Part shown: positions 1-7,577 of the stretch, one piece after another
Position numbering within the stretch: the first letter of the stretch is position 1
How the letters are laid out: the number at the start of each line of letters is the position of its first letter
Origin: a virus
Taxonomy: Duplodnaviria > Caudoviricetes
Reading direction: 5' to 3' (one strand)
Length of the DNA stretch: 26,422 nucleotides
Virus record (IMG/VR): IMGVR_UViG_3300025111_000009
Coordinates: 1 to 26,422 of that record
Program-made: the position numbers and the translations under genes
Notes under the pieces: generated by a model
What the model was told of the DNA's origin: nothing
Seen by the model: only the letters and a program-made list of their open reading frames with translations
Databases searched by the model: none

Positions 1-2
1 CT

Positions 3-29
3 TAAAAATTTCTCCGGGGGATATTTTTA
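3..29. repeat. Imperfect palindrome, possible genome-end (cos-proximal) or terminase-binding site
   Basis: TAAAAATTTCTC-CGG-GGGATATTTTTA: A-tract and T-tract arms around a C/G core, upstream of gp1 and the HNH gene. The function is inferred from position. Confidence 0.45.
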
Positions 30-144
30 GGGTGCCCTTTAGGGTGCTTATTGTTGTTTTCTTGGTCTTCTTCCAAAACGGTGTTGGTGATCACTGTTCT
101 TCTCCTTTTCAGACAATAAGCATCCTAAAGGGTACCACTAAAAG
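24..144 (+). ncRNA. Candidate structured RNA: about 30-bp stem enclosing a roughly 57-nt loop region
   Basis: 25-54 pairs with 113-143 with one bulge (A137). The only two non-Watson-Crick positions are G-U (G44/T123, G34/T133). The loop has two possible small hairpins and the pyrimidine tract TTCTTCTCCTTTTC (97-110). Confidence 0.55.
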
Positions 145-188
145 GTAGTCAAAACATTACATAATCTAATAGAAAGGAGGTACATTCA

Positions 189-545
189 ATGACCACCGAT
201 AATAAAACTATAACACAACCTAAAAAGAAGTTACCTCCTGCACGAACACCAGAGGCACAAGAGAACAGAATGATTTCACTTTCCATGGATCTAGCAGAAC
301 AACAGCTTCGAGATGGTAGTGCGAGTTCACAAATAATTACACATTTTTTAAAACTGGCCTCGACAAAAGAACAAATTGAAAAAGAAATTCTGGAACAACA
401 GAAAGAATTAATTTCTGCAAAAACAGAAGCAATTAAAGCCCATGGTAGAGTTGAAGAACTTTATGCAAAAGCTCTTACAGCAATGCGAAGATATTCTGGT
501 CAGACTAATCCAAGTGATGATAATTGGGATGATGATGAAAATTAG
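189..545 (+). CDS. Conserved phage gp1-like protein, possible small terminase subunit
   Basis: Strong RBS AGAAAGGAGG at 171-180. Helical 118-aa protein (PARTPEAQENRMISL...SSQIITHFLKLAS), first gene before HNH. No other small terminase candidate is present, so the function is inferred. Confidence 0.6.
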   Translation: MTTDNKTITQPKKKLPPARTPEAQENRMISLSMDLAEQQLRDGSASSQIITHFLKLASTKEQIEKEILEQQKELISAKTEAIKAHGRVEELYAKALTAMRRYSGQTNPSDDNWDDDEN

Positions 546-957
546 AACCTACACAGAACTTATAAAATTAAAAACTTTTGAAGAACGATTTGAATATTTG
601 AAATTAAGTGGAAGTGTAGGAATTGGAACTTTTGGATTTGATAGATATATTAATCAAGATTTTTATCGATCTGTTGAATGGCGCCATGTTCGTCAAGATG
701 TTATCGCTCGCGACGAAGCTTGTGATCTTGCTATTCTAGATCGACCAATATTTTCAAAAATTTTGATTCATCATATGAATCCAATAACAATTGAAGATCT
801 TGAAAACAGTAATGATATTGCAATTGATCCAGAATTTTTGATTGTTGTTTCGCATCGAACACACAACGCAATTCACTTTGGAAACAAAACTAATTTATTA
901 ACCATCTCGCCAGAACGAAGAGAAGGAGATACAGATTTATGGGAACGAAGATATTAG
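535..957 (+). CDS. HNH endonuclease, probably packaging-associated
   Basis: W-x2-VR-x2-VI-x-RD-x2-C...IHHMNPI...SHRTHNAIH motif. The start is most likely one of the ATGs at 529/532/535 overlapping the gp1 end, not 442. Confidence 0.85.
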   Translation: MKIRTYTELIKLKTFEERFEYLKLSGSVGIGTFGFDRYINQDFYRSVEWRHVRQDVIARDEACDLAILDRPIFSKILIHHMNPITIEDLENSNDIAIDPEFLIVVSHRTHNAIHFGNKTNLLTISPERREGDTDLWERRY

Positions 958-1328
958 ATTCAATTAAAAAGTTACTTGGTATTGAAGCTGTTGATACAGC
1001 TTTTGATGAAGAATTGATTATGCATATTAATTCAGTTTTTCTAACACTTAATCAATTGGGTGTTGGACCAAGTGAAACATTTTCGATGACAGATTCGGAT
1101 ACCGAGTGGAGTGAGTTTCTTGATTTAGCAACAGATCTTGAAGCGGTTAAACCCTATGTCTATATTCGTACTAGACTATTGTTTGATCCTCCACAAAATT
1201 CTTTCTTGATTGGTGCTTTTGAAAAGCAGATTCAAGAATTAGAATGGCGACTACAACTTCAAAAAGAACCATATACATTAACGGCTGAAGCCGCGGCAGA
1301 AGCTGCTGAAGATGAGGAGATTATTTAA
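939..1328 (+). CDS. Head-tail connector (gp6/gp15-like adaptor)
   Basis: RBS GAAGGAG. ILDSIKKLLGI...FDEELIMHINSVF..L.QLGVGP...RLLFDPP...ELEWRL pattern typical of helical connector proteins in this phage group. Confidence 0.7.
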   Translation: MGTKILDSIKKLLGIEAVDTAFDEELIMHINSVFLTLNQLGVGPSETFSMTDSDTEWSEFLDLATDLEAVKPYVYIRTRLLFDPPQNSFLIGAFEKQIQELEWRLQLQKEPYTLTAEAAAEAAEDEEII

Positions 1329-2206
1329 TGGATAGTACTATCAAATCAATACTTGATATTATTGTTGGCTCTGGTCTTGCAACCGGGATTGATGTTTCGC
1401 GCTATAATGGTGCAGCTGATTTTGATCAAGCAGAATTTACAAAAACACTTGAGATAATCGATTATTGTATGGTTCGTGCATCATCGGGAGTTTCAGATGG
1501 AACAATTTATATTGATCCAGCTTTAGATACCTTTTATGCTGAGCTTGAAGAGCATCCACATATTGTTCGAGATTTTTATCATTATCTTTCTAGTCATTCA
1601 AGTTGGACGGCTCAGTATGATAAATTTATGAAAGCTATCGATGGACTTGCTTTTGAATGGTTAACACTTGATGGAGAAAAAATATTTAATGAAAAGTCAA
1701 GTGCCTTTGCATTATCTGCATATCGCTTTATGCAACAACTCCAAAAAGATTTCCCAGATAAAAGAATTAAATTTTATTCAAATCGATATGATTATTCCGA
1801 TTGGTTTGATTATTATTACGACTTTGATCAATTTATGTACCATCATGCCCAATATCCTTGGTCGAAATGGGAAGTATCAAGTTATTATGTCCCGCAACTC
1901 CTCCAACACCTAAAAGATATTTTTGGAGGAGTACGCACTCCAAGTCTTCCACCATCAAGAAAAGATTATGAAATGTGGCAGATAGGGGCAAACACCGGAA
2001 TCGGAAAAGAGTTGGGATTTGCAGCGGATTATTTGGATGTTAATGTTTCAAGACGACCATTAGATGAATTTAGAACTTTTTCTCATTTAGAGAGTCGTTG
2101 GGTTTCTGATGGAAGTGTCATTTCAATACCATCAGTCCCAATGACAAACGAAGAATTAACAGAAAAAGTCATCGCTCTTTGGAATAAAGTTTTTCCAAAT
2201 GTTTAA
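1328..2206 (+). CDS. Endolysin, glycoside hydrolase family 25 muramidase
   Basis: GIDVSRYNG, DYCMVRASSG, catalytic D-x-E in LTLDGEK, KFYS, MWQ and terminal LDVN. No recognisable cell-wall binding domain, only a short C-terminal helix. Confidence 0.85.
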   Translation: MDSTIKSILDIIVGSGLATGIDVSRYNGAADFDQAEFTKTLEIIDYCMVRASSGVSDGTIYIDPALDTFYAELEEHPHIVRDFYHYLSSHSSWTAQYDKFMKAIDGLAFEWLTLDGEKIFNEKSSAFALSAYRFMQQLQKDFPDKRIKFYSNRYDYSDWFDYYYDFDQFMYHHAQYPWSKWEVSSYYVPQLLQHLKDIFGGVRTPSLPPSRKDYEMWQIGANTGIGKELGFAADYLDVNVSRRPLDEFRTFSHLESRWVSDGSVISIPSVPMTNEELTEKVIALWNKVFPNV

Positions 2207-2234
2207 ACATAAATTATTTTAAAGGAGTTCAATA

Positions 2235-3035
2235 ATGACAACTGCGGTTATGTCAGATTATTTAGAGGGAAAATTTATTGATTACATTTTACGTCAAGGA
2301 TCTTTTCCTGCCCCAGCAAGTGTTTATCTTGCTTTATTTACAACCTCGCCAGCAGACGCTGGTGGTGGTGTCGAGGTCTCCGGTGGATCCTATGTTCGCA
2401 AACAATTAACGGGTGCCTTTGGAACCCCAGCAAATGGATCGGTAGCAAATTCGGCTATAATTTCGTTTATTACTGCAACTGCCAATTGGGGTGATGTTGC
2501 GGCTGTTGGAATTTTTGATGCTGTGAGTGGTGGAAATTTACTATTCTATGGGTCGTTTGGTGCACCCCTTACAGTTAATACTCTTGATACCCTTTCAATT
2601 GGTGCTGGAAATCTTGTGATAACATTAGGAACAAACGTTTCATATTTCCTGGCTAATGAAATGCTGGACCACATTCTTAATGGCGCATCATTTACTCAAC
2701 CAACCAATGCATATTTAGCCTTATATACAACAATGCCCGATGCGGGAGATTCTGGTGGTGTTGAGGTTTCTGGTGGATCATACGCTAGACAACAATGTTT
2801 TGGTTCAGCAGAGTGGGCTGCGCCGGGTGCTACTGATGGACATACACAAAATGTAAATACGGAAACATATCCAACAGCAACAGCAGATTGGGGAACAGTT
2901 GTTGGTATGGCTATTCGTAGTGCAGTAACTGCCGGATCTTTATACTTCTTTAAAACTCTCACGATTAATCGGACGGTTTATACAAACGATATTTTCCGAT
3001 TTAGTGCTGGTGAAGTAGATCTAACTCTAAGTTAA
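2235..3035 (+). CDS. Virion fibre subunit made of two tandem copies of a ~130-aa domain
   Basis: aa 6-131 and aa 135-266 both contain YLAL(F/Y)TT-x-P...GGVEVSGGSY-x-R-x-Q...TATA(N/D)WG-x-V...G-x-L. Strong RBS AAAGGAG and its own downstream terminator suggest high expression. Confidence 0.75.
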   Translation: MTTAVMSDYLEGKFIDYILRQGSFPAPASVYLALFTTSPADAGGGVEVSGGSYVRKQLTGAFGTPANGSVANSAIISFITATANWGDVAAVGIFDAVSGGNLLFYGSFGAPLTVNTLDTLSIGAGNLVITLGTNVSYFLANEMLDHILNGASFTQPTNAYLALYTTMPDAGDSGGVEVSGGSYARQQCFGSAEWAAPGATDGHTQNVNTETYPTATADWGTVVGMAIRSAVTAGSLYFFKTLTINRTVYTNDIFRFSAGEVDLTLS

Positions 3036-3039
3036 GGAC

Positions 3040-3068
3040 GGGAGCTTCGGCTCCCTATATTTTCTTTT
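3040..3068 (+). terminator. Intrinsic terminator
   Basis: GGGAGC-TTCG-GCTCCC (UUCG tetraloop) followed by TATATTTTCTTTT, directly after the stop at 3035. Confidence 0.8.
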
Positions 3069-3081
3069 ATAGGAGTTGGAT

Positions 3082-3378
3082 ATGGATAAGAAATTTCCAA
3101 GATTTTATTATGCTGATGGATCTCATAGTGACGCACAACCAAAAGAAACAATCGGAATTCAAGCCATAGTTCAACACACTCCATTTGGTGGGACGTTTTT
3201 AGCTTCTGGCGATGATTATTATATTTTTGATAATGGGCAATGGATTGGTGTTGATCTTTATGGAGCATTAGATTGGATGATGCATAAAGGATATTTGCTT
3301 TCTGGAAGAACCATTAATGATGAATCATATAGCAAGATTATAAATGATGCTCTTGACTATAGAGATTTAATGAGTTAA
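3082..3378 (+). CDS. Hypothetical phage protein in the fibre cassette
   Basis: RBS AGGAG at 3071-3075 favours the ATG at 3082. 98-aa aromatic-rich protein (FYYADGS...DDYY...WIGVD...SGRTI). Confidence 0.75.
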   Translation: MDKKFPRFYYADGSHSDAQPKETIGIQAIVQHTPFGGTFLASGDDYYIFDNGQWIGVDLYGALDWMMHKGYLLSGRTINDESYSKIINDALDYRDLMS

Positions 3379-3389
3379 GGAGGTAATTC

Positions 3390-5288
3390 ATGGCAACCGC
3401 ATCAGTTGTTCAAAAAGCATATAGATTTAGAAATGATAATGGTAATGAGACTGGAGCAACTTGGATTGCGGCTGCTAATACGCCAATTTCGAAGAATGTT
3501 GATGAAACATTTCGTTTAAGATTTGTGGTTGGAGAAGTTAATAACAAGAATGATTCGAACGGGAGGGTTTTATATGCCTCCTATAGTGGTGGAAGTTATT
3601 TTCCAGTTACTACATCTTCAAATTATGTAAAACTTGTAAACTCGTCATTTGTCGCTGATGGTGCCGCTACAACACAACAACTTGGAACATTGACATTTGT
3701 TACGGGTCAGTTTGATTCTAATGGATCTGTTGGACTTATTGGACTTTGGAATACTGAGACTGAGTATGAATATTGTCTTCAAATAGATAGTAATACCGTG
3801 TTTAATGGAAATACAATTTCATTTAGGGTATATACTTCTGGCGGGGCACCTTTAAATGTTTATACTGTAACTCCCTCATTAACAGTTATTAAAACAACAA
3901 CCATAACACATGAAGGTGCCGCTGCTATCGCCGCTTCATCAGAATTAACAGTTAGTGGATCAGTTGCTCATCCAACACATGAAGGTGCAAGTGATATTTC
4001 GGTTTCCTCTGAGTTAACAGTTAGCGGATCGGTTGGTAGTACAACCACACATGAGGGTGCAAGTAATATTTCAGTTTCCTCTGAGTTAACAGTTAGTGGA
4101 TCAGTTGCTCATCCAACACATGAAGGTGTCGGCGATATTTCGGTTTCCTCTGAGTTAACAGTTAGCGGATCGGTCACTCATCCAACACATGAAGGTGTGA
4201 GTGATATTTCGGTCACATCTGAATTAACAGTTAGCGGATCGGTCGCTCATCCAACACATGAAGGTGTAAGTGATATTTCAGTTTCATCAGAGTTAACGGT
4301 TAGCGGATCAGTTGAATCATTGAGTTTCAAAGATGGTTCCACAGATATTCTAGTCTCATCCGAATTAACCATTAGCGGATCAGTCGCTCATCCAACTCAT
4401 GAAGGTTCAAGTAATATTTTAGTGTCTTCTGAGTTAAGCCTTAGCGGATCAGTCGCTCATCCAACACATGAAGGTGCCGCTGCTATAACTGCTTTATCCG
4501 ACTTAACAGTTAATGGATCAGTCGCTCATCCAACACATGAAGGTGCCGCTGCTATCGCCGCTTCATCAGAATTAACAGTTAGTGGATCAGTCGCTCATCC
4601 AATACATGAAGGTGCCAGCGATATTTCAGTTTCATCAGACTTAACAGTTAGTGGTTATGTTGAAGCTCCTGGGTATAAGGATGCTTCCACTGATATTTCA
4701 GTTTCCTCTGAGTTAACGGTTATTGGCTTAGTAACGCATCCAACTCATGAAGGTGCCAGCGATATTTCAGTTTCCTCTGAGTTAACGGTTATTGGCTTAG
4801 TAACGCATCCAACGCATGAGGGTACAGCAGCCGTTACAATCTCCTCTGAATTAACAGTTAGCGGATCAGTTGAATCATTGAGTTTCAAAGATGGTGCTTC
4901 TGATATTCTGATTTTATCCGAATTAACAGTTAATGGATCAGTCACTCATCCAACATATGAGGGATCTAGTATAATATTTGTAACTTCAGAAGTTCTTGTT
5001 AATGGTTATGTGATACATCCAACACATTATGGATCGGCTAATATTAGTATAGATTCAAACTTGTTTGTAAATGGATTTATAACTACGCAAGGAATTTATG
5101 AAGGTTATGCGGATATTTTAATCGATTCTACTTTTGATATTGCTGGATTTATAACGCCTTTTGACATTGCTCCAGTTGTTAGAACCATTAAGATTATGGC
5201 GGAAGATAGATTAATACCAATTATATTTGAAGATAGATCAACAAAAATTATGTTTGAAGATCGAACTCTTCGAATAATTAATGAATAA
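3390..5288 (+). CDS. Repeat-rich fibre protein: N-terminal beta domain, 18 repeats of 23-24 aa, C-terminal 9-aa repeats
   Basis: RBS TAAGGAGGT. The repeat consensus HEGASDISVSSELTVSGSVAHPT is visible directly in the translation. Confidence 0.8.
   Translation: MATASVVQKAYRFRNDNGNETGATWIAAANTPISKNVDETFRLRFVVGEVNNKNDSNGRVLYASYSGGSYFPVTTSSNYVKLVNSSFVADGAATTQQLGTLTFVTGQFDSNGSVGLIGLWNTETEYEYCLQIDSNTVFNGNTISFRVYTSGGAPLNVYTVTPSLTVIKTTTITHEGAAAIAASSELTVSGSVAHPTHEGASDISVSSELTVSGSVGSTTTHEGASNISVSSELTVSGSVAHPTHEGVGDISVSSELTVSGSVTHPTHEGVSDISVTSELTVSGSVAHPTHEGVSDISVSSELTVSGSVESLSFKDGSTDILVSSELTISGSVAHPTHEGSSNILVSSELSLSGSVAHPTHEGAAAITALSDLTVNGSVAHPTHEGAAAIAASSELTVSGSVAHPIHEGASDISVSSDLTVSGYVEAPGYKDASTDISVSSELTVIGLVTHPTHEGASDISVSSELTVIGLVTHPTHEGTAAVTISSELTVSGSVESLSFKDGASDILILSELTVNGSVTHPTYEGSSIIFVTSEVLVNGYVIHPTHYGSANISIDSNLFVNGFITTQGIYEGYADILIDSTFDIAGFITPFDIAPVVRTIKIMAEDRLIPIIFEDRSTKIMFEDRTLRIINE
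3909..5165 (+). repeat. Coding tandem array of 18 units of 69-72 bp
   Basis: Units counted from the translation. 3909-3964 is identical to 4536-4591, and 4692-4744 is identical to 4761-4813. The last three units are diverged. Confidence 0.93.
5181..5285 (+). repeat. Four 9-aa C-terminal repeats
   Basis: RTIKIMAED / RLIPIIFED / RSTKIMFED / RTLRIINE. Confidence 0.85.
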
Positions 5289-5297
5289 GAGGTGTAA

Positions 5298-5615
5298 ATG
5301 GATATACCAATTTTTACAAAACTTCCTGGTAGTACCCAACTTGATTTTACATTTGATTGGAACTATACAGATGATCTGGATGAAGATCCCTGGCTAGAAG
5401 AGAATGAAACGATTGTTAATTATGATGTGGTTTCATCAAATCCAGCCGAATTAAGTGTAATTTTAGTTATGCAAAGTCTAGGTCAGGTTACTGCCTGGGT
5501 TACTGGTGGTATTCTAGGAAATTCTTATATATTGACATGCCAGGTAGAAACATCGAATGATCCTCCTCGCATTGAGAAAAGAATGATGACAATTAAAATC
5601 GTTGATAAAAAGTAA
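5298..5615 (+). CDS. Fibre-to-virion adaptor protein (Ig-like)
   Basis: K-x-P-x4-LDFTFDW...WLEENETI...VTAWVTGG-x2-G-x2-Y-x-LTC-x-V-x-T pattern, recognised from small phage fibre adaptors. Directly follows the repeat protein. Confidence 0.65.
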   Translation: MDIPIFTKLPGSTQLDFTFDWNYTDDLDEDPWLEENETIVNYDVVSSNPAELSVILVMQSLGQVTAWVTGGILGNSYILTCQVETSNDPPRIEKRMMTIKIVDKK

Positions 5616-5635
5616 TAGTATTAAAGGAGAGTTAT

Positions 5636-5968
5636 ATGTTTAGTGAGGCTTTAGGTATTTTAGCAGGACTTGGCAGTCTTGGTGGGTTAATTTCCGTGAT
5701 TGTCAATCTTCTTAAACGCTTTAATGTTGTTAAAGATGGAACAAGCGATAAATGGGTTAAGGGTTTAAATCTTCTTGCCTTTATTGGAGTTTCAGCAACG
5801 TTGTTATTTAATGTTCATGTTGATTGGAATGCTGTAAATTTACTTCTTGGTTTTATTGTAACAGCTTTAGGTTATCTACTACAACTGCTTAGCAGTAAAT
5901 TGGCCTATAAACTTACCAAGGGAATTCCGGTTATTGGATATTCATTTAGTGATCAAAAATCTGAATAG
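5636..5968 (+). CDS. Putative holin
   Basis: 110 aa, three hydrophobic segments separated by short charged loops, charged C-terminus. RBS AAAGGAG. Confidence 0.65.
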   Translation: MFSEALGILAGLGSLGGLISVIVNLLKRFNVVKDGTSDKWVKGLNLLAFIGVSATLLFNVHVDWNAVNLLLGFIVTALGYLLQLLSSKLAYKLTKGIPVIGYSFSDQKSE

Positions 5969-5981
5969 TCTCTTTGATAAG

Positions 5982-6147
5982 GAGATTCTTCTTAATGGAT
6001 AGGTTAATTTTAAAGGAGAATAGAAAAGATATTCGGATTAGAATCTGGACCCCAAGCGATCAAATAGTATGCCTTTTGGCTTATGATAAGAAGATGATTT
6101 CAAATTTCTCTATTCTATCATGGGGTCCAGTTATTAATAGGAATCTC
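5982..6147 (+). ncRNA. Candidate multi-branched structured RNA between the holin and phosphoesterase genes
   Basis: 5982-5998 pairs with 6131-6147 (16 of 17 positions, three G-U). A perfect 10-bp stem, CTGGACCCCA 6045-6054 / TGGGGTCCAG 6121-6130, stacks flush on it. Further small stems: GAATA/TATTC, AATAG/CTATT and GCC-TTTT-GGC. Confidence 0.55.
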
Positions 6148-6183
6148 GAATATATTTCACAACATCATAAACCAACTACATAA
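5995..6183 (+). CDS. Doubtful 62-aa ORF overlapping the structured element
   Basis: TAAGGAG precedes the ATG at 5995, but both lie in the predicted outer stem. No recognisable protein motif. Confidence 0.25.
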   Translation: MDRLILKENRKDIRIRIWTPSDQIVCLLAYDKKMISNFSILSWGPVINRNLEYISQHHKPTT

Positions 6184-6198
6184 AAGGAGATTTCTTTG

Positions 6199-7563
6199 GT
6201 GAATTCAATCATTAACGATATTTTAAATGGACCCGGAAACGCTCAACATAAATTAGAAAGAATTTATGGAAAGCATCTTTCTTATCATAATGCCGCTCTA
6301 TATTTAGCTGGTATAAAATTACACATTAATAAATTTAATAAAATTGTACAACTAGAACCAGAGATACAACATGATATTGAGGAACATAAAGAAAAAACAA
6401 CTGAAGGGGTTACATTTAAAGTAAACAAAGATAAAAGTACGACGATTCAACAGGATATTTATTTAACCGATGAAGAAGCATCTAGCCCACATGCTGTTAT
6501 GGCAAAGATGGGATTAGATCCAATGCTATGGGAAGTTTTAAGTTATACAGTTGAAAAGGGTTCATGGGATACAACGATGAAACTTGACAATTCAGAAATA
6601 ATTGATGGTATAGTTGTCAAATCATCGCAACCACACACTGTCCAGAATAGGAAATGTTCAGTTTCTTTACGAGTTAAACCAACTGGCGGAAATCTTACAT
6701 TTCCTCAGGTCCTTGAAGCTTTTAAAGAGCTTGAACCAGCTAGTCTTGATACAATCAAATACAAAGCCCCAACATCAGATAGTTTATTATTTGAATTACC
6801 AATGATGGATGCCCACTTTGGTAAATTAGCATGGTGGGAAGAAAGCGGGGCCGATTATGATCTTAAAGTTGCGGAATACTTATGGGTTAGTACAATAGAA
6901 GATCTAATTGAAAAAGCTTTAAAATTTGGTAAGTTTGAACAAATCATATTTCCGATCGGACAAGATTTGTTCCACTATGATACACCAAAGGCAACAACAA
7001 CAAATGGAACACAATTAACAACTGACACCCGTTGGCAGAAAATGTTTCGAAAAGGTGTTGATATGTTGGTTTGGAGTATTGAAAAACTACGTAAAATTGC
7101 ACCGGTTGAGATATTATGGACTCCTGGAAATCATGATCGTATGTTAAGTTATGCGGCTGTTGTTGGACTTGCTCAACGTTATTCGAAAACAGATAGCGTT
7201 ACAGTTGATTTAACGGCAACTTCACGAAAATATAGATTGTTTGGTAAAAATCTTATTGGCTATTCTCACGGAGAACAAGAGGGAAAACGTTTGCAAGGAT
7301 TAATGCAAATTGAAGCTCCCGAGTTATGGGGCAAATCTATATTTCGCGAATTTCATTTGGGACATTTACATACAGAAATGTTAACAACAGTGAATGGTAT
7401 TGGTTTTCGACGAATTGGTGCTATAACTGCAAATGATGCCTGGCATACGGACAACGGATTTGTTGGAAGCACGAGATTAGCCCAAGCTTTTATTTGGCAT
7501 AAAGATTTTGGTCTTCAAGCAGTTTTAAATAGTAATGTAATTAAACGAATTAATGATATTTAA
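6199..7563 (+). CDS. Calcineurin-like metallophosphoesterase with long N-terminal extension
   Basis: All five motifs present: DAHFG, GQDLFHYD, PGNHD, SHGE, HLGHLH. RBS AAAAGGAG precedes TTG 6196 / GTG 6199. Confidence 0.88.
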   Translation: MNSIINDILNGPGNAQHKLERIYGKHLSYHNAALYLAGIKLHINKFNKIVQLEPEIQHDIEEHKEKTTEGVTFKVNKDKSTTIQQDIYLTDEEASSPHAVMAKMGLDPMLWEVLSYTVEKGSWDTTMKLDNSEIIDGIVVKSSQPHTVQNRKCSVSLRVKPTGGNLTFPQVLEAFKELEPASLDTIKYKAPTSDSLLFELPMMDAHFGKLAWWEESGADYDLKVAEYLWVSTIEDLIEKALKFGKFEQIIFPIGQDLFHYDTPKATTTNGTQLTTDTRWQKMFRKGVDMLVWSIEKLRKIAPVEILWTPGNHDRMLSYAAVVGLAQRYSKTDSVTVDLTATSRKYRLFGKNLIGYSHGEQEGKRLQGLMQIEAPELWGKSIFREFHLGHLHTEMLTTVNGIGFRRIGAITANDAWHTDNGFVGSTRLAQAFIWHKDFGLQAVLNSNVIKRINDI

Positions 7564-7577
7564 AGAAAGGAGGCGGC

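Noticed and set aside
442-534. N-terminal extension of the HNH ORF given in the ORF track
   Set aside because: It overlaps gene 1 by about 100 nt, and the recognisable protein begins at the Met cluster 529-535.
3909-5165. Regular ~69-bp repeats resembling a CRISPR array
   Set aside because: The units are in-frame coding repeats with synonymous variation and no unique spacers, and no cas genes are present.
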